From Octopus bimaculoides (taxonomy: Eukaryota), in NCBI RefSeq assembly GCF_001194135.2, contig NC_068995.1:16842752-16906751 (forward strand): a DNA stretch of 64,000 nucleotides, read 5' to 3'. Shown here piece by piece: positions 38,306 through 53,004 of this stretch (position 1 is the first letter of the stretch; each line of letters starts with the position of its first letter). The position numbers and the translations under genes were made by a program. Under the pieces are notes generated by a model. It searched no databases. It had not been told where the DNA came from and worked only from the letters and a program-made list of their open reading frames with translations.

Positions 38306-40097
38306 AATCTTCAAAGTCAGTTGCTCCCATAAAATCTAAAATTAAAATTCAGGATTTATATAGGGTCAAAGTTAGGAACAAAAAATGACAGTGGTGACAT
38401 ACAAGGAAACCGAACGAGAACAAACATGGATGGTCGTTAGACCAGAAGGAGAGGAAAATAGTGAACGTTGGGAGAAAGATTTTTTTGAAAAGAGAAAAGA
38501 TAAGAGAGTGAGAGAGAAACACGTCCGTTCTTTTAAACGTCCGTGAAGAAAAAGAAAGATGGTCACGGGAGGAAATGAAGGATGGATGATGGTGACGTGT
38601 GAGCAACGAGAGAGAGAGGGGAAAAAGAGAAAGAAGGGAGAGAAAAGACAGATAGAAAATGGTGAAGGAGGGAAGGGGAGAAAAAGGCATGTACCAAATC
38701 CACACAAAATCTCGCCCGATTCCTTTCATTGGATTGTAGTCATAAGATGATACTTCTAGGAGTTTAGTCGATCATATAGTCATATCTCCCATATCCGGTT
38801 CTTTATTCGGTCTAGTGTTATATTTTTCTTTGATTGTTACTCCTTGGTTGGCTTACAAAGCTCTTTACGGAGATAGACGTAAACGCATACATGCGCAGAG
38901 CACAAACATATACTGGTTGACCAACACTTTGGGCAACAAGTGATCAGAATACAAGACACCTATTAAATGTACCATTTACTAGGATCGAACATGGGTCATT
39001 TAGCCATATGTCTAGGCATGTACAATTTTTTACAGTATGGACTGATACAGTCCATATTGTGAATTTTGTTGATATTAAATTATATATTGCCAGATACCCA
39101 AGTCGCTTACTTAGGTTAGGAAAGAATTTTGATTGTAAGAAATAGCAAATCGTACCTTATTAAAGCAGTAGAGAAAATAATGACAGTCAAGAATGCCCAA
39201 GAATCTACTCTAGACTTATATGTCAATAGAATATGGGTTGATTGAATAAGAAAGTGAATTAAAAATCTTGTTGATGAGGGCTGAGATTAGAAACCTATTG
39301 TTTACTTTCATTCGATTTGCTAAAAATCTTCCAAAATAAATAACTAGCGAATAAAAAAAAAGATACTTCAACCTTTAAAACGCATCCGTACAGTCTTAAA
39401 GAATGTTTGGCACTTGGGATATATAAAAACACTGGAAAGTAATGGTTGGAGAATCTTCCATAATAGGCTTGCTTTATCATAGCTGACATGGACTACAGAA
39501 CAAGAAGAGAAATAGGAGCAATAATAAAATCAAATGATACAAGTATCTACATAATGCCAATAAAACTACATTAATTCAATGGTAAAAGAAAAGAAATTTC
39601 GAAATATTCATTTCATTTCGCGTAGTTATTTCAGAGTTCAATAGTTATATGCATTGGGTAGCTTCAGTGTTATTTTACGTAGTTACAACAGTTACGCTTT
39701 TTATTATCTAACTTTCCACTATGAATGACAGATAAAAAACACTAACAAACATCCATGCATATATATACATATATATATATATATAGATGTATGTATGTAT
39801 GTATGTATGTAGGAGTGTGTGTTTGTGATGTGTTTATGTGTTTGTATCATTTGAGATACAACATCTCGTGATAGTGACTGTTTTAATACATATACGGTAA
39901 TCATATCACATATCAGAAACAGATTTATTTATGTCTTATGATAAGATACAATATGTATTGAAACGACATGTTCCTGTAAGGTCATAGATCATGATGCCTA
40001 TATAAAAAAGAGATATACGCACTACATATGCACTTTGTTTTGTATTGTGGGTTACTCCAAGCCTGTTCAAGAACTGAACTCCATCTGTCTATCTACT

Positions 40098-40184
40098 TTT
40101 GTATGTATGTATGTATGTACGTATGTATGTATGTATGTATGTATGTATGTATGTATGTATGTATGTATGTATCTGTCTGTCTGA

Positions 40185-40252
<68 letters not shown>

Positions 40253-40255
40253 ATG
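40098..40255. repeat. Compound (TATG)n/(TCTA)n tetranucleotide microsatellite
   Basis: Read directly. It is representative of many others, e.g. (AG)n 38-108, (CA)n 7973-8085, (ATT)n 10437-10487, (AAC)n 12130-12230, and (TATC)n at 45735-45845, 54020-54068 and 59053-59155. Confidence 0.95.
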
Positions 40256-41601
40256 TCTGTCTGTCTAACTGTCTGTCTGTGTATTTGTATATGTATACAT
40301 ATACATACATACAAACATAGGTTCACATACCAATAAATGTATGCGTGCGTGTATGCATCTACGTAAACACGCGTAGATAAATAAGCAATACTGATCCTCG
40401 ATAGCGCAAGAGACAATGGTAATGTCTGTGTGTCTGTGTGCAAGTGTGCGTACGTATTTATGTAGTTCGTGTAAGGATGTGTCTAGGTGTACATACATAT
40501 TTGCAAAGAAGCGTTCATGCGTATAGAATGAAGACTGGGAAGAAGAGAAAGTAATTACTTCAAGGATAGATATTTGCCTTTGAAATGGAAGCGTATATAA
40601 ATTTGCATACCGCACATGCAAAATATATAGACTCTCGAACATACAATCAAATATATACACATGCCATATACATACATACATACATACATACATACATGCA
40701 TAGAAACATACATACATACATACATATATACATACATATATACATACATACATATACCAATAGAAATGTTCAGTTATACAAATTCAAACTGGAAAAAAAT
40801 CACTTTTTCAACCGTTGCGTATGACCTTTTTTCAGGATATGTGTGCCAACACGCTATCTCTAAGATAATATGTAAACAGTAGTAAAGACACACTCACGCA
40901 CAGCCACATACAAACATAGACACAAAAGTACCGATACATGTGTATGTATGTGTAGATATAAGTACATATATGTATAAACATACATATGCACAAATGTGTA
41001 TATATACACATATACATATCTCTATATATACACAGACATATTTATACACTTATATTGTATTTAACTGTTTCCTTTATGTATATATATGTGTACGTGTGTG
41101 TTTATATATATATACATATATATAAGTTTTTATGTATTTATATATATATGTGTGTGTATATATATGTGTGTGTGTGTATGTATACATATATATGTATATA
41201 TATGCATATATATAAATATGTTTGTGTGTATACATACACATATAAATGTGTGTGAGTGCACGCGTGCATGTGTGCGCATGTGCGTACGTGTGTCTGTGTG
41301 TGTGTGCATACATACACATATTAATAAATACATATGTATGTTCATTGCAAATGAATACAAACGCATGTACAAAGAAGTCTCCGCAGGTGCATACAAAACA
41401 TCCGCACACAGTCAGTTCCGTTACACACATATAATTACGCACAGACATATATTTGCATGCATATAGGTATGCATATTGCATTGCGCATCAGAATAATGAC
41501 AGAAGTCTATATACATGAGTGAATACCGAAAACTGGGTAGAAAAATATAAGACGAGTAGGTATATTCTAAACTGAAACTCACATAAAAGAGGGAGAAGAA
41601 C

Positions 41602-41636
<35 letters not shown>

Positions 41637-43377
41637 NNNNNNNNNNNNNNNNNNNNNNNNNNNNNNNNNNNNNNNNNNNNNNNNNNNNNNNNNNNNNNNN
41701 NNNNNNNNNNNNNNNNNNNNNNNNNNNNNNNNNNNNNNNNNNNNNNNNNNNNNNNNNNNNNNNNNNNNNNNNNNNNNNNNNNNNNNNNNNNNNNNNNNNN
41801 NNNNNNNNNNNNNNNNNNNNNNNNNNNNNNNNNNNNNNNNNNNNNNNNNNNNNNNNNNNNNNNNNNNNNNNNNNNNNNNNNNNNNNNNNNNNNNNNNNNN
41901 NNNNNNNNNNNNNNNNNNNNNNNNNNNNNNNNNNNNNNNNNNNNNNNNNNNNNNNNNNNNNNNNNNNNNNNNNNNNNNNNNNNNNNNNNNNNNNNNNNNN
42001 NNNNNNNNNNNNNNNNNNNNNNNNNNNNNNNNNNNNNNNNNNNNNNNNNNNNNNNNNNNNNNNNNNNNNNNNNNNNNNNNNNNNNNNNNNNNNNNNNNNN
42101 NNNNNNNNNNNNNNNNNNNNNNNNNNNNNNNNNNNNNNNNNNNNNNNNNNNNNNNNNNNNNNNNNNNNNNNNNNNNNNNNNNNNNNNNNNNNNNNNNNNN
42201 NNNNNNNNNNNNNNNNNNNNNNNNNNNNNNNNNNNNNNNNNNNNNNNNNNNNNNNNNNNNNNNNNNNNNNNNNNNNNNNNNNNNNNNNNNNNNNNNNNNN
42301 NNNNNNNNNNNNNATATATAGCAATCTGTCTCTATTTTCCTTGTCTCTGCGTTTTCTATTTTCGTTATTTTTTTCTTTCAATTTCAAACGAAAAAAATTG
42401 CAATCCTTTTCACTTTACTATCCGTATGTGTGTCTCTCTTGCAATTCTGAAAATAATAGTCGACTATAAATACGAAGAATTTCAGAATTGAATGTGAATG
42501 GTTAACTAACTAATATGTGATCATTTTAGTAAAACAAAAGACTTTCTTTCAGACATATCACATTGAAATGGGGTGGTGGTAGATAGATATATATATATAT
42601 TAGACGGAAAATGTTCTTAGGGCAGCAGAGATCAAAGGAAATTGGTTGAGCGACAACAACAGCATCCACAAAAATAACGACCGTTGCATGAACAGGAACA
42701 ACCGCAACGACTCCAACAACAATAGCAACAACAACAGTAATAATGATGAGGACAATTTCTATCAACAATCATGTCATCGTTATCGGTATTGTAATTTCTG
42801 TAGAGAACAGGAGTTCCAATGCTGAGTGGAAAAATAAATGTTAAAATAAACAGAAATTCTTTAAAATGATAAAAATTGGGGAAGTTTTCATGTCGTAAAT
42901 GGTAAATTTCAAAGAAGAGAATATTTTTATTATAGATTTTTCTAAGACATAACTACATAAAGTGGGAACAATTTTTGATTTAGTTACATTATTTCAATAA
43001 CTTGCTGTGTGTTTCTTTCCTCTTACGACAAACATTGTTACAGATTGCAATATTTTTTCTTTTACCTAATCAAAACTCCATGCCGTTGTCGTCGTTGTGT
43101 CCAAAATCAAATGTGACTGAGCAAACTTTTGATCAAAGGCTTGCCGACTTTCTCATCCCTTCTTTTTACATGTCAGCAGGGAATTCAGGAACGCGTTAGT
43201 ACATTTCCGAGCCGGCAATTGTATAATTTGAGGGATATTGAATGCTATTTCTGTGTGGCAAAACAATATATCGAGGCCCTCATTACTGGCGCAAAATCTC
43301 ACATTATCTTTTATATTGATACTGATTACGTATTTCACTTCGATTCCTCCTTGGATTTTGTTAAAGAATTAATACTA

Positions 43378-43595
43378 GTTTCACATTTCGGCAGAAAGCC
43401 AGCACTTTTAGGTGAGGGGTAAGTCGATTACGTCGACCTCAGGACTCAACTGGTGCTTATTTTTTTTACCCCGAAAGGATGAAAGGCAAAAATTGACCTC
43501 AGCGGAATTTGATTTTCAGAACCAGAAGACGGACGGACAAAATGCCGTTAAGCATTTCACATGGCATGCTAACGATTCTGCCAGCTCACCGCATT
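43378..43595 (-). mobile_element. SINE family A, full length
   Basis: gggtaagtcgattacgtcgacctcagg...ccccgaaaggatgaaaggcaaaaattgacctcagcggaatttga...gctaacgattctgccagctcaccgc. Confidence 0.93.
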
Positions 43596-43733
43596 TGTTA
43601 AATGGTTAGTATTACAGTAGATTTATATGTTTTATTTTGTTCCTGATTTATTTTATAGGAAGGAGCTATATTAATTGTCTTTCACGCTCTCTTCGAAATG
43701 GTGTGCAGTTAATGTCTCAATTAAATAACTGCA

Positions 43734-43765
43734 TATAAAGCCTGAGCAGAGGTATGAACTCCAGT
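43734..43765 (+). promoter_or_regulatory. Possible TATA-Inr core promoter
   Basis: TATAAA at 43734-43739 and an Inr-like tcCAGT with the A at 43763, giving canonical spacing of about 29 bp in non-repeat sequence. No transcript evidence. Confidence 0.2.
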
Positions 43766-45739
43766 GTGTTGATGTTCAACGAATAACAGGATCGTTGTTA
43801 GACTATGATAGTGAGATTCATTACCGGCAACGAGACGTGTAGAATCAAGCGAATCGAGAGCTTTTGACTAGTGACGTTATTTCTTTCTGAGATATATTGT
43901 ATTGTTTCCTCACTTTGACATCTAACAGACTGAACGTTTGTCACTTAAATTTTAACGTCACTCATAAAGATCTTTGCGAAGTTTTTGTTATTTGCCACGG
44001 TAAAAACATTACTGCCAAACGTTAAACAGATGTAAATACTAAGAAAAAAAAATGGAATTTATTCTGACATGAATAACAGTTTGTTGGTCATGCATCGGAA
44101 GACAATTCCCCAAGACATGTTTCTCCACTCAAAGAAACGTGTTGTGCTAAAATCACAACAAATATTGGAGGAAAGAAAACTATTTTTCCGGCAGAGGCTA
44201 GCGAAAAAATCAGATGCATTTCTGCATTTTGGGGCCTCTGAATGGCATGTGCTCACAGCCAGTCGCATGCTTGGACGGGAAATCATCGGCTCCAATATAT
44301 GAAGCAATGTTAAAACATTCACTGCTGTATTAAGTATGACGTATAGATGACTATTTTAATTTAATATCGCCTCCACGACGGATGCCACTTTCTTAAGTTA
44401 AGATTTTCGCTATGGCTTCACTTCTTGAGTCTGGAAGACCGGTCAGTGGTCAGTGCTCAGTGCTTATGACTTTTTATATCGTTTTAGACAGGTAAAACTA
44501 ATTCGATTAATTTTACTCTTGAGCATTTGTAAATAACGTTCGTAAGAAATATATGAGCAGGGAGGGAATTTTAGAAGGTCAACTTTAATGATTATCATGG
44601 TATCTTAGGGACTAGTTTTGTCAGAGGAAGCACCACACAAGAGTGATGAAAAGAGGAGCGACAAGGTGGATGGGAATGGCTGTTCAGAGGCAGTGAGGCA
44701 TTCCCATCAGCACCAAGTAGCAGAAACCATTAAATTAGTGGGAGAAAATTGAGAGAATAAATAGCACACCCATGGGTCAGAGACTTGGGAGTGTATTTCA
44801 GTGGCCTTCGTAACTAGAGAACTTAGTGGGTGCATTAGATTTTGAACAAGAAATCTAAACTTGAGGAATATGAAATCCGATTTCGAGACAAGCTTATGAC
44901 TGAATCAAAGGCAGGCGTATCTGCTTCTTGATCCTGAGATCTCTTGTTCAACCCCGTGTAATGACATTTTGAACAAGAGTACTTTAGCATAGCCTCTGGC
45001 TTTGTGCGTAAACGAGGAAAGAGAGAAACTGCGTGGAATCTTGGCGAATGGATACTGCTTGTAATTGAGAGGTCTTACTCAGTAACATTGCGTTAATGCA
45101 AATTTGAGAATGATATTAGGGGAAAGCGTTCCTCTGAATTAGTCAGTCAATTATTTATAACTTTAATGAATAGCTAATATGGTTATTCAGACATTTGAAT
45201 GATCATCGTAGTAATCGACGGAAGATCCAAGCTCTTGAGCATAGTAGGTTCACATACATCGATAAAGGTTTGAAACTCAATGCATATAATCACCCATTTT
45301 CTGATATATGTGATCAAACGTCTTCTAACAAATGACATTCTATTCATCACATGAACACATACATCTACTTTCACTTACGCAGAGAGAAACAGAAATAGAT
45401 AGATAGACAGATGGATAGATTGATTGATAGATAAATAGATAGATAAATAGTGAGAGAGAGGGAGAGTGAGAGAGAGGGAGAGTGAGAGAGGGAGAGAGAA
45501 ATACATGCAAAAACACATTCAGACACTCATACAGAAACACACAACATGTGTGTGCCTGTGCAAAAATATATTCGATTTATACGAATAATATTAGCTACCG
45601 GCTATGTCTATATTTCCATCTATCTTATGGCTATCTCTCTGTCTATATCTTTCTCTCTATTCTATATCTAAGTTTCCGTCAACTTAGTAGTGTACTTATA
45701 CAAACGCGCGCACACTGACACATAATATATATATACGAA

Positions 45740-45770
<31 letters not shown>

Positions 45771-45771
45771 A

Positions 45772-45824
<53 letters not shown>

Positions 45825-47150
45825 ATCTATCTATCTATCTATATATGCATACACATACGTACGTATATANNNNNNNNNNNNNNNNNNNNNNNNNNNNNNN
45901 NNNNNNNNNNNNNNNNNNNNNNNNNNNNNNNNNNNNNNNNNNNNNNNNNNNNNNNNNNNNNNNNNNNNNNNNNNNNNNNNNNNNNNNNNNNNNNNNNNNN
46001 NNNNNNNNNNNNNNNNNNNNTATATATATATAAATATATATATTGATCTAAATTTTCTTGATTAGCGATGGTAATTGCGTCTTTATCTGCTCTAAAGTCA
46101 ACAACGATCTATCGATTATCTGTCGATGAACACGACTTCATTTTGATCAGTCTTAATCCTCTTCAACATCATACGCTCACAGATCACAGTTTAGTATTAT
46201 ATTCGTTCGTCGAGAAAGAATGTTCTTGCTTTTATCTCACCACGAGAACGGACACCACCAATGAAATATTAGATCTATTTCACAAACCAAAATCATTAGA
46301 CTTTTGACTAAATGTAAACTCACAAAAATAAAGGCTAGAATGTTCTTGGAAGAAGAACAGGCTCGATCAATGAAAGAAATCCTATATTTTATATTTCAGA
46401 AAGCTCCGATCAAATTGTATAGCGTCAGCCTGAATTCATGTAACTACTCTTCAGAGAAATTCTTCTGATAACTTTACTTAAGAACGGGCTAATTGAATCT
46501 ATTAACGAGGTGAATGTTATTGATCCCAGTCGCTTCAGATTAGCAATCGTCTCACGGAATCAAAAGAGCTTGATGTTTCTGAATTTGAGAGGCGTATACA
46601 TTAATGAAAAACCTTTTTCACTAAATGCATGTGTGCGTACGCCTGTATATGTCTGTAAGTGTGAGTGAATGTCTGTGATTTTCGAGACAGAGAGAGAGAG
46701 AGAGAGATAGGTGGATAGACTGATGGATAAATAGATAACTAGATAGACAGACAGATAAAAAGAAAGACTGAAAGAGAGATAGAAAGACAGGGAAAGAGAG
46801 AGCGAGTATGTGTATGAATGTTTGCGTGAGTGTGTGCTTGGGAGCGATCTCTTTGTAAAGAGAGAAAGCGTTTAGCAAATAAACGAAGGTCGAAGGAAGG
46901 AAACGAAATAAATAAAAAGGAAAATATACAAAAACAGTAAATACCAAAAGCAATCGACATTAACAAATAAATTATATGAATTTTTCTTGCACATATGTCT
47001 GTCTGTATGTATGAGTATATGTATGTAAATATATGCAGGCATGTATGTATATGTATATATGCATGTATACATGTACACACACACACACACATATATATTT
47101 ATGTATGTATTTGGTGACGTGGAAGCCACTTTTCACTTCATTCAATGCTT

Positions 47151-47218
47151 TCAAATGCAAGCGTTTGTTTCCAACTTAGCTCGACTCAGGCGATGACGAA
47201 GAACAAGTCCAAACAATC
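47151..47218 (-). CDS. Candidate terminal coding exon of an unidentified gene
   Basis: Strong acceptor tattcttctgttttctgttccag|, then a phase-1 frame (G)LFGLVLRHRLSRAKLETNACI-stop. No homology recognised. Confidence 0.25.
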
Positions 47219-48305
47219 CTGGAACAGAAAACAGAAGAATAATATTCTACAAGAAATAAGAGAACCAGAGTCAGATAAATTGCGTGCTGTCGTAGAATTA
47301 TTGCCTTAAGACCAACGAAGCTAAAATTCAAAGACAGATACGGAATGTTATAACGCACCATTAATTAAAATCTAAACTTCAAGGTCCAAAATGGACAAAC
47401 GCATCTAAAGGGAAATTTTCTTTTCCTTATAATTAAAATAAGTTATTAAAATTTTTTAATGTGACGTAACTTTAATACTACACTGTATAGCGTTTCCACA
47501 CACTTATACTTATACACGCGGATATGTTCATCGTATCGAGATTCAAATAGATGTATTGATGGTTCAAATTCTCTGTCGTTTACATCCTAGGATACTTGTC
47601 GCAGTTTAACGGATAATTATTTCACTTCAGCCAATGATAGTTTGGGGAAATGTATGAATTCAGCTATTTGCATCACCCACCAACTCATGAAAGAATAACG
47701 TTCACCATTTCCCAATCGGTAAGTGTAATGGGGTCTGCTTCTGATACGGCAGGGGGAGGTGCTGAGGAATCTACCCGACGACCCTCCCATGAATTCTGAG
47801 CGGAGAAAAAGGATGGCTGGATGGACTAATAAATTTGATGCAAGGGTTAACCAATGCTTTGTACTGTTTCACTGTTGGACTGTTATGCGTAGCACAAATT
47901 TTGCTCATAGTTAATTCGTTTTATTGCTTTATAGTGAAAGAAGTTGCTGTGCGCATGTCCATCGAAAGATCTTTAATATAATAATTGTCCTTATATTAGG
48001 AGATTCCAGGGGCCCAAAATTAGACTTTGCTGATTCATATCCTATATCCTGCACTACATTGTGTCTGTGATAACACACGAAGTCTTTCAATATTCTTGGA
48101 TACCTGGGTATAGAAGGTCAGGCCATGATGGGATCTATCTACCGATATTTGGAGAGATAAGGGCAGCGATCATTAGCACGCCATGCAAAATGCTAAGCAG
48201 TCCGGAGATGCTTCTGAAATTACCAAGCAAGAGGACTAACTTCTTATTACACAACAGCACCTTTAATAAAGGAATATTACAAAGAACTCTTTTCAATATT
48301 AAGCA

Positions 48306-48535
48306 GTCAAAGGTGCCAAGCTGGCAGAATCATTAGCACACCGGGCAAAATGCTTAGCGGCATTATGTCCGTCTTTATGTTCTGAGTTCAAATTTCGACG
48401 AAGGCGACTTTGACTTTATCATTTTGGGGTCGGTGAAATAAGTAGATCATGAAATAAGAACATTGGGGTCGTTGCTATTGAAGTATTCCATCTGCTGAAA
48501 TTAATGGCTTTGTGCCAAAATATGAGGCCAATGTT
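48306..48535 (+). mobile_element. SINE family A, full length, with a 5' fragment upstream at about 48130-48205
   Basis: gctggcagaatcattagcacaccgggcaaaatgcttagcggcatt...ctgagttcaaattt...ggggtcggtgaaataagta...gctttgtgccaaaat. Confidence 0.9.
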
Positions 48536-48748
48536 TTGAGAGACAGATAGATCGATCGATGGATATATAAAGCTAGAGAGAGCGTGTGTGTGTAAGAGTA
48601 AGCAAGAAGGAGAGCGGAGGGCGAGGAGAGAGAGAGAGAGAGATTTGAAGAGAAAGTGTGAGTTGGTGTTATGTATGGTCTTACAAAGAGAAAGCGAGAG
48701 AGAGNNNNNNNNNNNNNNNNNNNNNNNNNNNNNNNNNNNNNNNNNNNN

Positions 48749-48787
<39 letters not shown>

Positions 48788-49884
48788 CAAATGAATGCCG
48801 AAAGAAGAAAAGTAAACAAAATTAACGTGAATACAAAGATATTACCATGGTCAGGCCATGATATAACCATATTCTCATAGCAAGACATGTAAAAAACAAA
48901 TTTACTTCAAATATATGATTAGACGAAGTTATTTAGCCGCAGAACAATTTTGTTCAAACTGTCATGTGATCAATGGGGGTGGGGGTCCAATCATATCTGC
49001 TTACTTGTTTTTAATTGACATTGTGTAACAACGAATGCTTCTCAAGATGTCTTACTTTATTTTCACAAAATACAGTGTTTTCGAGGAAGAGTTGGTTGGT
49101 ATTCAAGCAGGCTCAGCAATCCCGTAGGTGCTCCGTTGTAAGTTCGTGTAGTTATTCCTCTTTTAGCTTCCATAGAGGTGTTCTGTGCTTAATCTTTCTT
49201 TAACGACTGAAGGCTGAGTTGATAGATAAGGCTGGTTTGAGTAAGGCTGCGTGTATAGATAAAGGAAGAACAAGGAAATCAGGATTAAATGCGACGATTT
49301 ATTCAACCCGTTAAAGAGTGCATTAAGACGGCAAAGCTGAAGAGATACACATTGAAGTAACCGCAGAATATATACACAGTGGTTTAACGAGCAGATGGTA
49401 CATAATGATGATGTATGCTGGAATGAACAGGAAAAATTCAAACGTGACAGAACTTCTGCAGGAGAACAGGAACAAAGTAGGCGTCAAAGGATACATGTGA
49501 AAATAAGCGTGCTTTCTGCCGAAGATCTGAACTCTATCGTGCAAAACCCACCTCACTGAAGAATATAGCAGGAAGACTCCCGTGGCACGCTTGGCTAGTC
49601 TGTCATGTGATGGGGTGGACAGCCCGCGTAAAGCCAGAGAGACTCGACCACCACGTGATGAGGCAAAATGGGGTACTTAAAGGTAAAGAGCCAAACATTG
49701 AACATGTTTGCTACAATTCCGTAGAGATGCTGTCAACTTCGATACATACATATATACATACATATATATGTGTGTATATATATTTGTATATACATATATA
49801 TATATATATAATACAAAGAATATATATACATGTATACACACATATATGTACATACTTACATCTACATGTGTATATATATGCATA

Positions 49885-49991
49885 TCAGGGTACAGGACGT
49901 TAGAACAATGAAGTACAGACAACGGAACGAACACATAGGAAAACGGAAAGTCACTTGGAATATTCCTTCATCAGCTGTCTCTATTCTAACC
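49885..49991 (-). mobile_element. Family H element running into a gap
   Basis: Minus strand: ...tagaatagagacagCTGATGAaggaatattcc, then a T-rich tract, then tcctgtaccc. Confidence 0.5.
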
Positions 49992-50343
49992 NNNNNNNNN
50001 NNNNNNNNNNNNNNNNNNNNNNNNNNNNNNNNNNNNNNNNNNNNNNNNNNNNNNNNNNNNNNNNNNNNNNNNNNNNNNNNNNNNNNNNNNNNNNNNNNNN
50101 NNNNNNNNNNNNNNNNNNNNNNNNNNNNNNNNNNNNNNNNNNNNNNNNNNNNNNNNNNNNNNNNNNNNNNNNNNNNNNNNNNNNNNNNNNNNNNNNNNNN
50201 NNNNNNNNNNNNNNNNNNNNNNNNNNNNNNNNNNNNNNNNNNNNNNNNNNNNNNNNNNNNNNNNNNNNNNNNNNNNNNNNNNNNNNNNNNNNNNNNATAT
50301 ATATTATATATGCATAGATATACATACATACATACATATATAC

Positions 50344-50374
<31 letters not shown>

Positions 50375-51105
50375 CGCGTGTGTGTGTGTGTGTGTGTGTG
50401 GAGAGAGGAAAAACGAGAGAGAGAGAGACAGGATACGGCCTGAGTATAATTTATTGCAAGGCTGAATATTTTATTGCATATATCTTAAGTCCGATTTCAA
50501 CATTTGGTATCACAACCAGTTCATATTCTCTTTCTATCGCTCTGCTGTTTGACCCCACGCTCTCTATTGTATATCTCTCTAAGACACGCACATATATATA
50601 TACACTCTAAAACACACGTAAACACACAACAAGAAAGATAATCGTATACTCACGCACACATACGCACACAAAGAAAAAAATACCGCACGCATCCACACAA
50701 CAACCACAAATACACAAGCAATTAGACACAGACGTTAGCGAAAGTTTTCATAAGTACAGGTTTACTAATTGTAAAGTAAGATGTCATAAACCATACTGAA
50801 AGGAAAAATATCGATTAGAGCTGATCCCTGAGCGGGAAACACTTAAATATCGTTATCGATACTTAAGAAGTGTTGATAAGGTTAAGTGGGAATAAACATT
50901 ATTTTGCCAAATCATGTCACACCTGGGTATAATTTGTGTTACGGACTGGAAAAGTAGATCAGCAATAATCTGTATGTCTCTAAACAATAAGCTGAATAGC
51001 AATGCCGGAATCTTATTAAATAATAAAACCCAGAGCTGATTTCCTACTGACGTCCATAGCGGTGGATATATGTATACGTAGGTAGGATGATGTATGTATG
51101 TATGA

Positions 51106-51138
<33 letters not shown>

Positions 51139-52112
51139 TGTATGTATGTATGTGTGTATGTGTGTGAATATATATATATGGATGCAGCTATGAATGTATG
51201 TATACAAACCTGTGTGTAGGTGTGATGGAACGAATGCAGGTATTTATACACGCACAAACATTTAGACAGAGTGAGAGATAGTGAGGTAGCTAGAGAGAGA
51301 GATAGAGAGATAGAGAGAGAGGGAGAGAGAGAGAGGGAGAGGGAGAGGGAGAGAGGGAGAGAGAGAAAGATAGAGAGAAAACAGACAAAACGGTAAGATG
51401 AACATGTGTATATGTATGTATATTTGTATGTATGTATGTATGTATGTATGTATGTATGCATACAGGCATGCATGTATGTATGTATATATATATATATACA
51501 TATAGGTTATATGCAGTTATAAAATATGTGTATATATGTATATGTGCCTGTGTCTGTATGTATGCGTGTGTGAGTATCTGCATGTTTATATGCACGTGCA
51601 AGCGTGCAATACAGTCTAGAATAGCTCCCAATTGAATGCAATTAGCATTACCTCATGACCTATATATGAAGGTATTTATTCGTAGTTAGACACACACACA
51701 TATATACTCACATAAACATATATACGTATAAGTATGTACGTGTGAACGGAATGGTGTGTATGTGTGTATACATGTGTGTGTGAATATTTTTTTGATCACA
51801 TCAATAGATTTTGTACATTTTGCTCTTGTATAGTTGAATTTATTTCAACATAAATCCCCTGAGGGTATGTAGTGAAATATATATATTAAATGAAATTTAT
51901 ACTATGTACTCAACGACATCCGTAGTTTTAAATATGTATGTATGATCAGATGTCGAGATTATAGCAATTTTGCCCGATACGGTTTTATATTTCCCTCGAT
52001 GACTAATTAAAGAAAATTTTGTGATTCACTCGGTACCACAACTGATTATACAGATGGCACCAACATTTCCCCTTGGTGTTATGAACTTGTCGAATTAGAT
52101 TTACAGACTTAC

Positions 52113-52201
52113 CTGCACCTGATGCCTGTATGCCCAAAACGATGCAAAACCTTGCTCATTAGCATGGATGCATGTTTAGTGTGCTAAAACATTATGGTCC
52201 G
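52113..52201 (-). other. Candidate 89-nt internal exon (stops in all three frames)
   Basis: Acceptor tatattttgcacag| and consensus donor CAG|GTAAGT. Confidence 0.3.
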
Positions 52202-53004
52202 CTGTGCAAAATATACAACTTTTAATTGTAAACGCTTTAAGTATGTTTTCGCGTTACTAGATTTTACTATGTATATGTATATATGTATATATATATATAT
52301 ATATATNNNNNNNNNNNNNNNNNNNNNNNNNNNNNNNNNNNNNNNNNNNNNNNNNNNNNNNNNNNNNNNNNNNNNNNNNNNNNNNNNNNNNNNNNNNNNN
52401 NNNNNNNNNNNNNNNNNNNNNNNNNNNNNNNNNNNNNNNNNNNNNNNNNNNNNNNNNNNNNNNNNNNNNNNNNNNNNNNNNNNNNNNNNNNNNNNNNNNN
52501 NNNNNNNNNNNNNNNNNNNNNNNNNNNNNNNNNNNNNNNNNNNNNNNNNNNNNNNNNNNNNNNNNNNNNNNNNNNNNNNNNNNNNNNNNNNNNNNNNNNN
52601 NNNNNNNNNNNNNNNNNNNNNNNNNNNNNNNNNNNNNNNNNNNNNNNNNNNNNNNNNNNNNNNNNNNNNNNNNNNNNNNNNNNNNNNNNNNNNNNNNNNN
52701 NNNNNNNNNNNNNNNNNNNNNNNNNNNNNNNNNNNNNNNNNNNNNNNNNNNNNNNNNNNNNNNNNNNNNNNNNNNNNNNNNNNNNNNNNNNNNNNNNNNN
52801 NNNNNNNNNNNNNNNNNNNNNNNNNNNNNNNNNNNNNNNNNNNNNNNNNNNNNNNNNNNNNNNNNNNNNNNNNNNNNNNNNNNNNNNNNNNNNNNNNNNN
52901 NNNNNNNNNNNNNNNNNNNNNNNNNNNNNNNNNNNNNNNNNNNNNNNNNNNNNNNNNNNNNNNNNNNNNNNNNNNNNNNNNNNNNNNNNNNNNNNNNNNN
53001 TATA

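Noticed and set aside
42526-42768. Hydrophobic minus-strand ORF resembling a signal or TM segment
   Set aside because: It is the reverse of a degenerate (AAC)n tract.
43177-43230. REFRNALVHFRAGNCII*, resembling a GPCR helix 8 terminal exon
   Set aside because: Too short, and no upstream TM exons were found.
44640-45130. VRDLGVYFS and AWN motifs suggestive of a CR1/L2 or L1 RT fragment
   Set aside because: The motifs are isolated among many stops and the clade cannot be assigned. A probable LINE relic, but unsupported.
48835-48888. SWPDHG plus a GT donor, resembling a protein tyrosine phosphatase WPD loop
   Set aside because: The upstream residues do not fit a PTP, and no other PTP motifs are present. 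The same ggtcaggccatgat word recurs at about 48116, so it is probably a repeat remnant.
49050-49700. Purine-rich, coding-like stretch with weak RTE-like words (LPWHAWLVCHVMG)
   Set aside because: No consistent ordered motifs; left unannotated.
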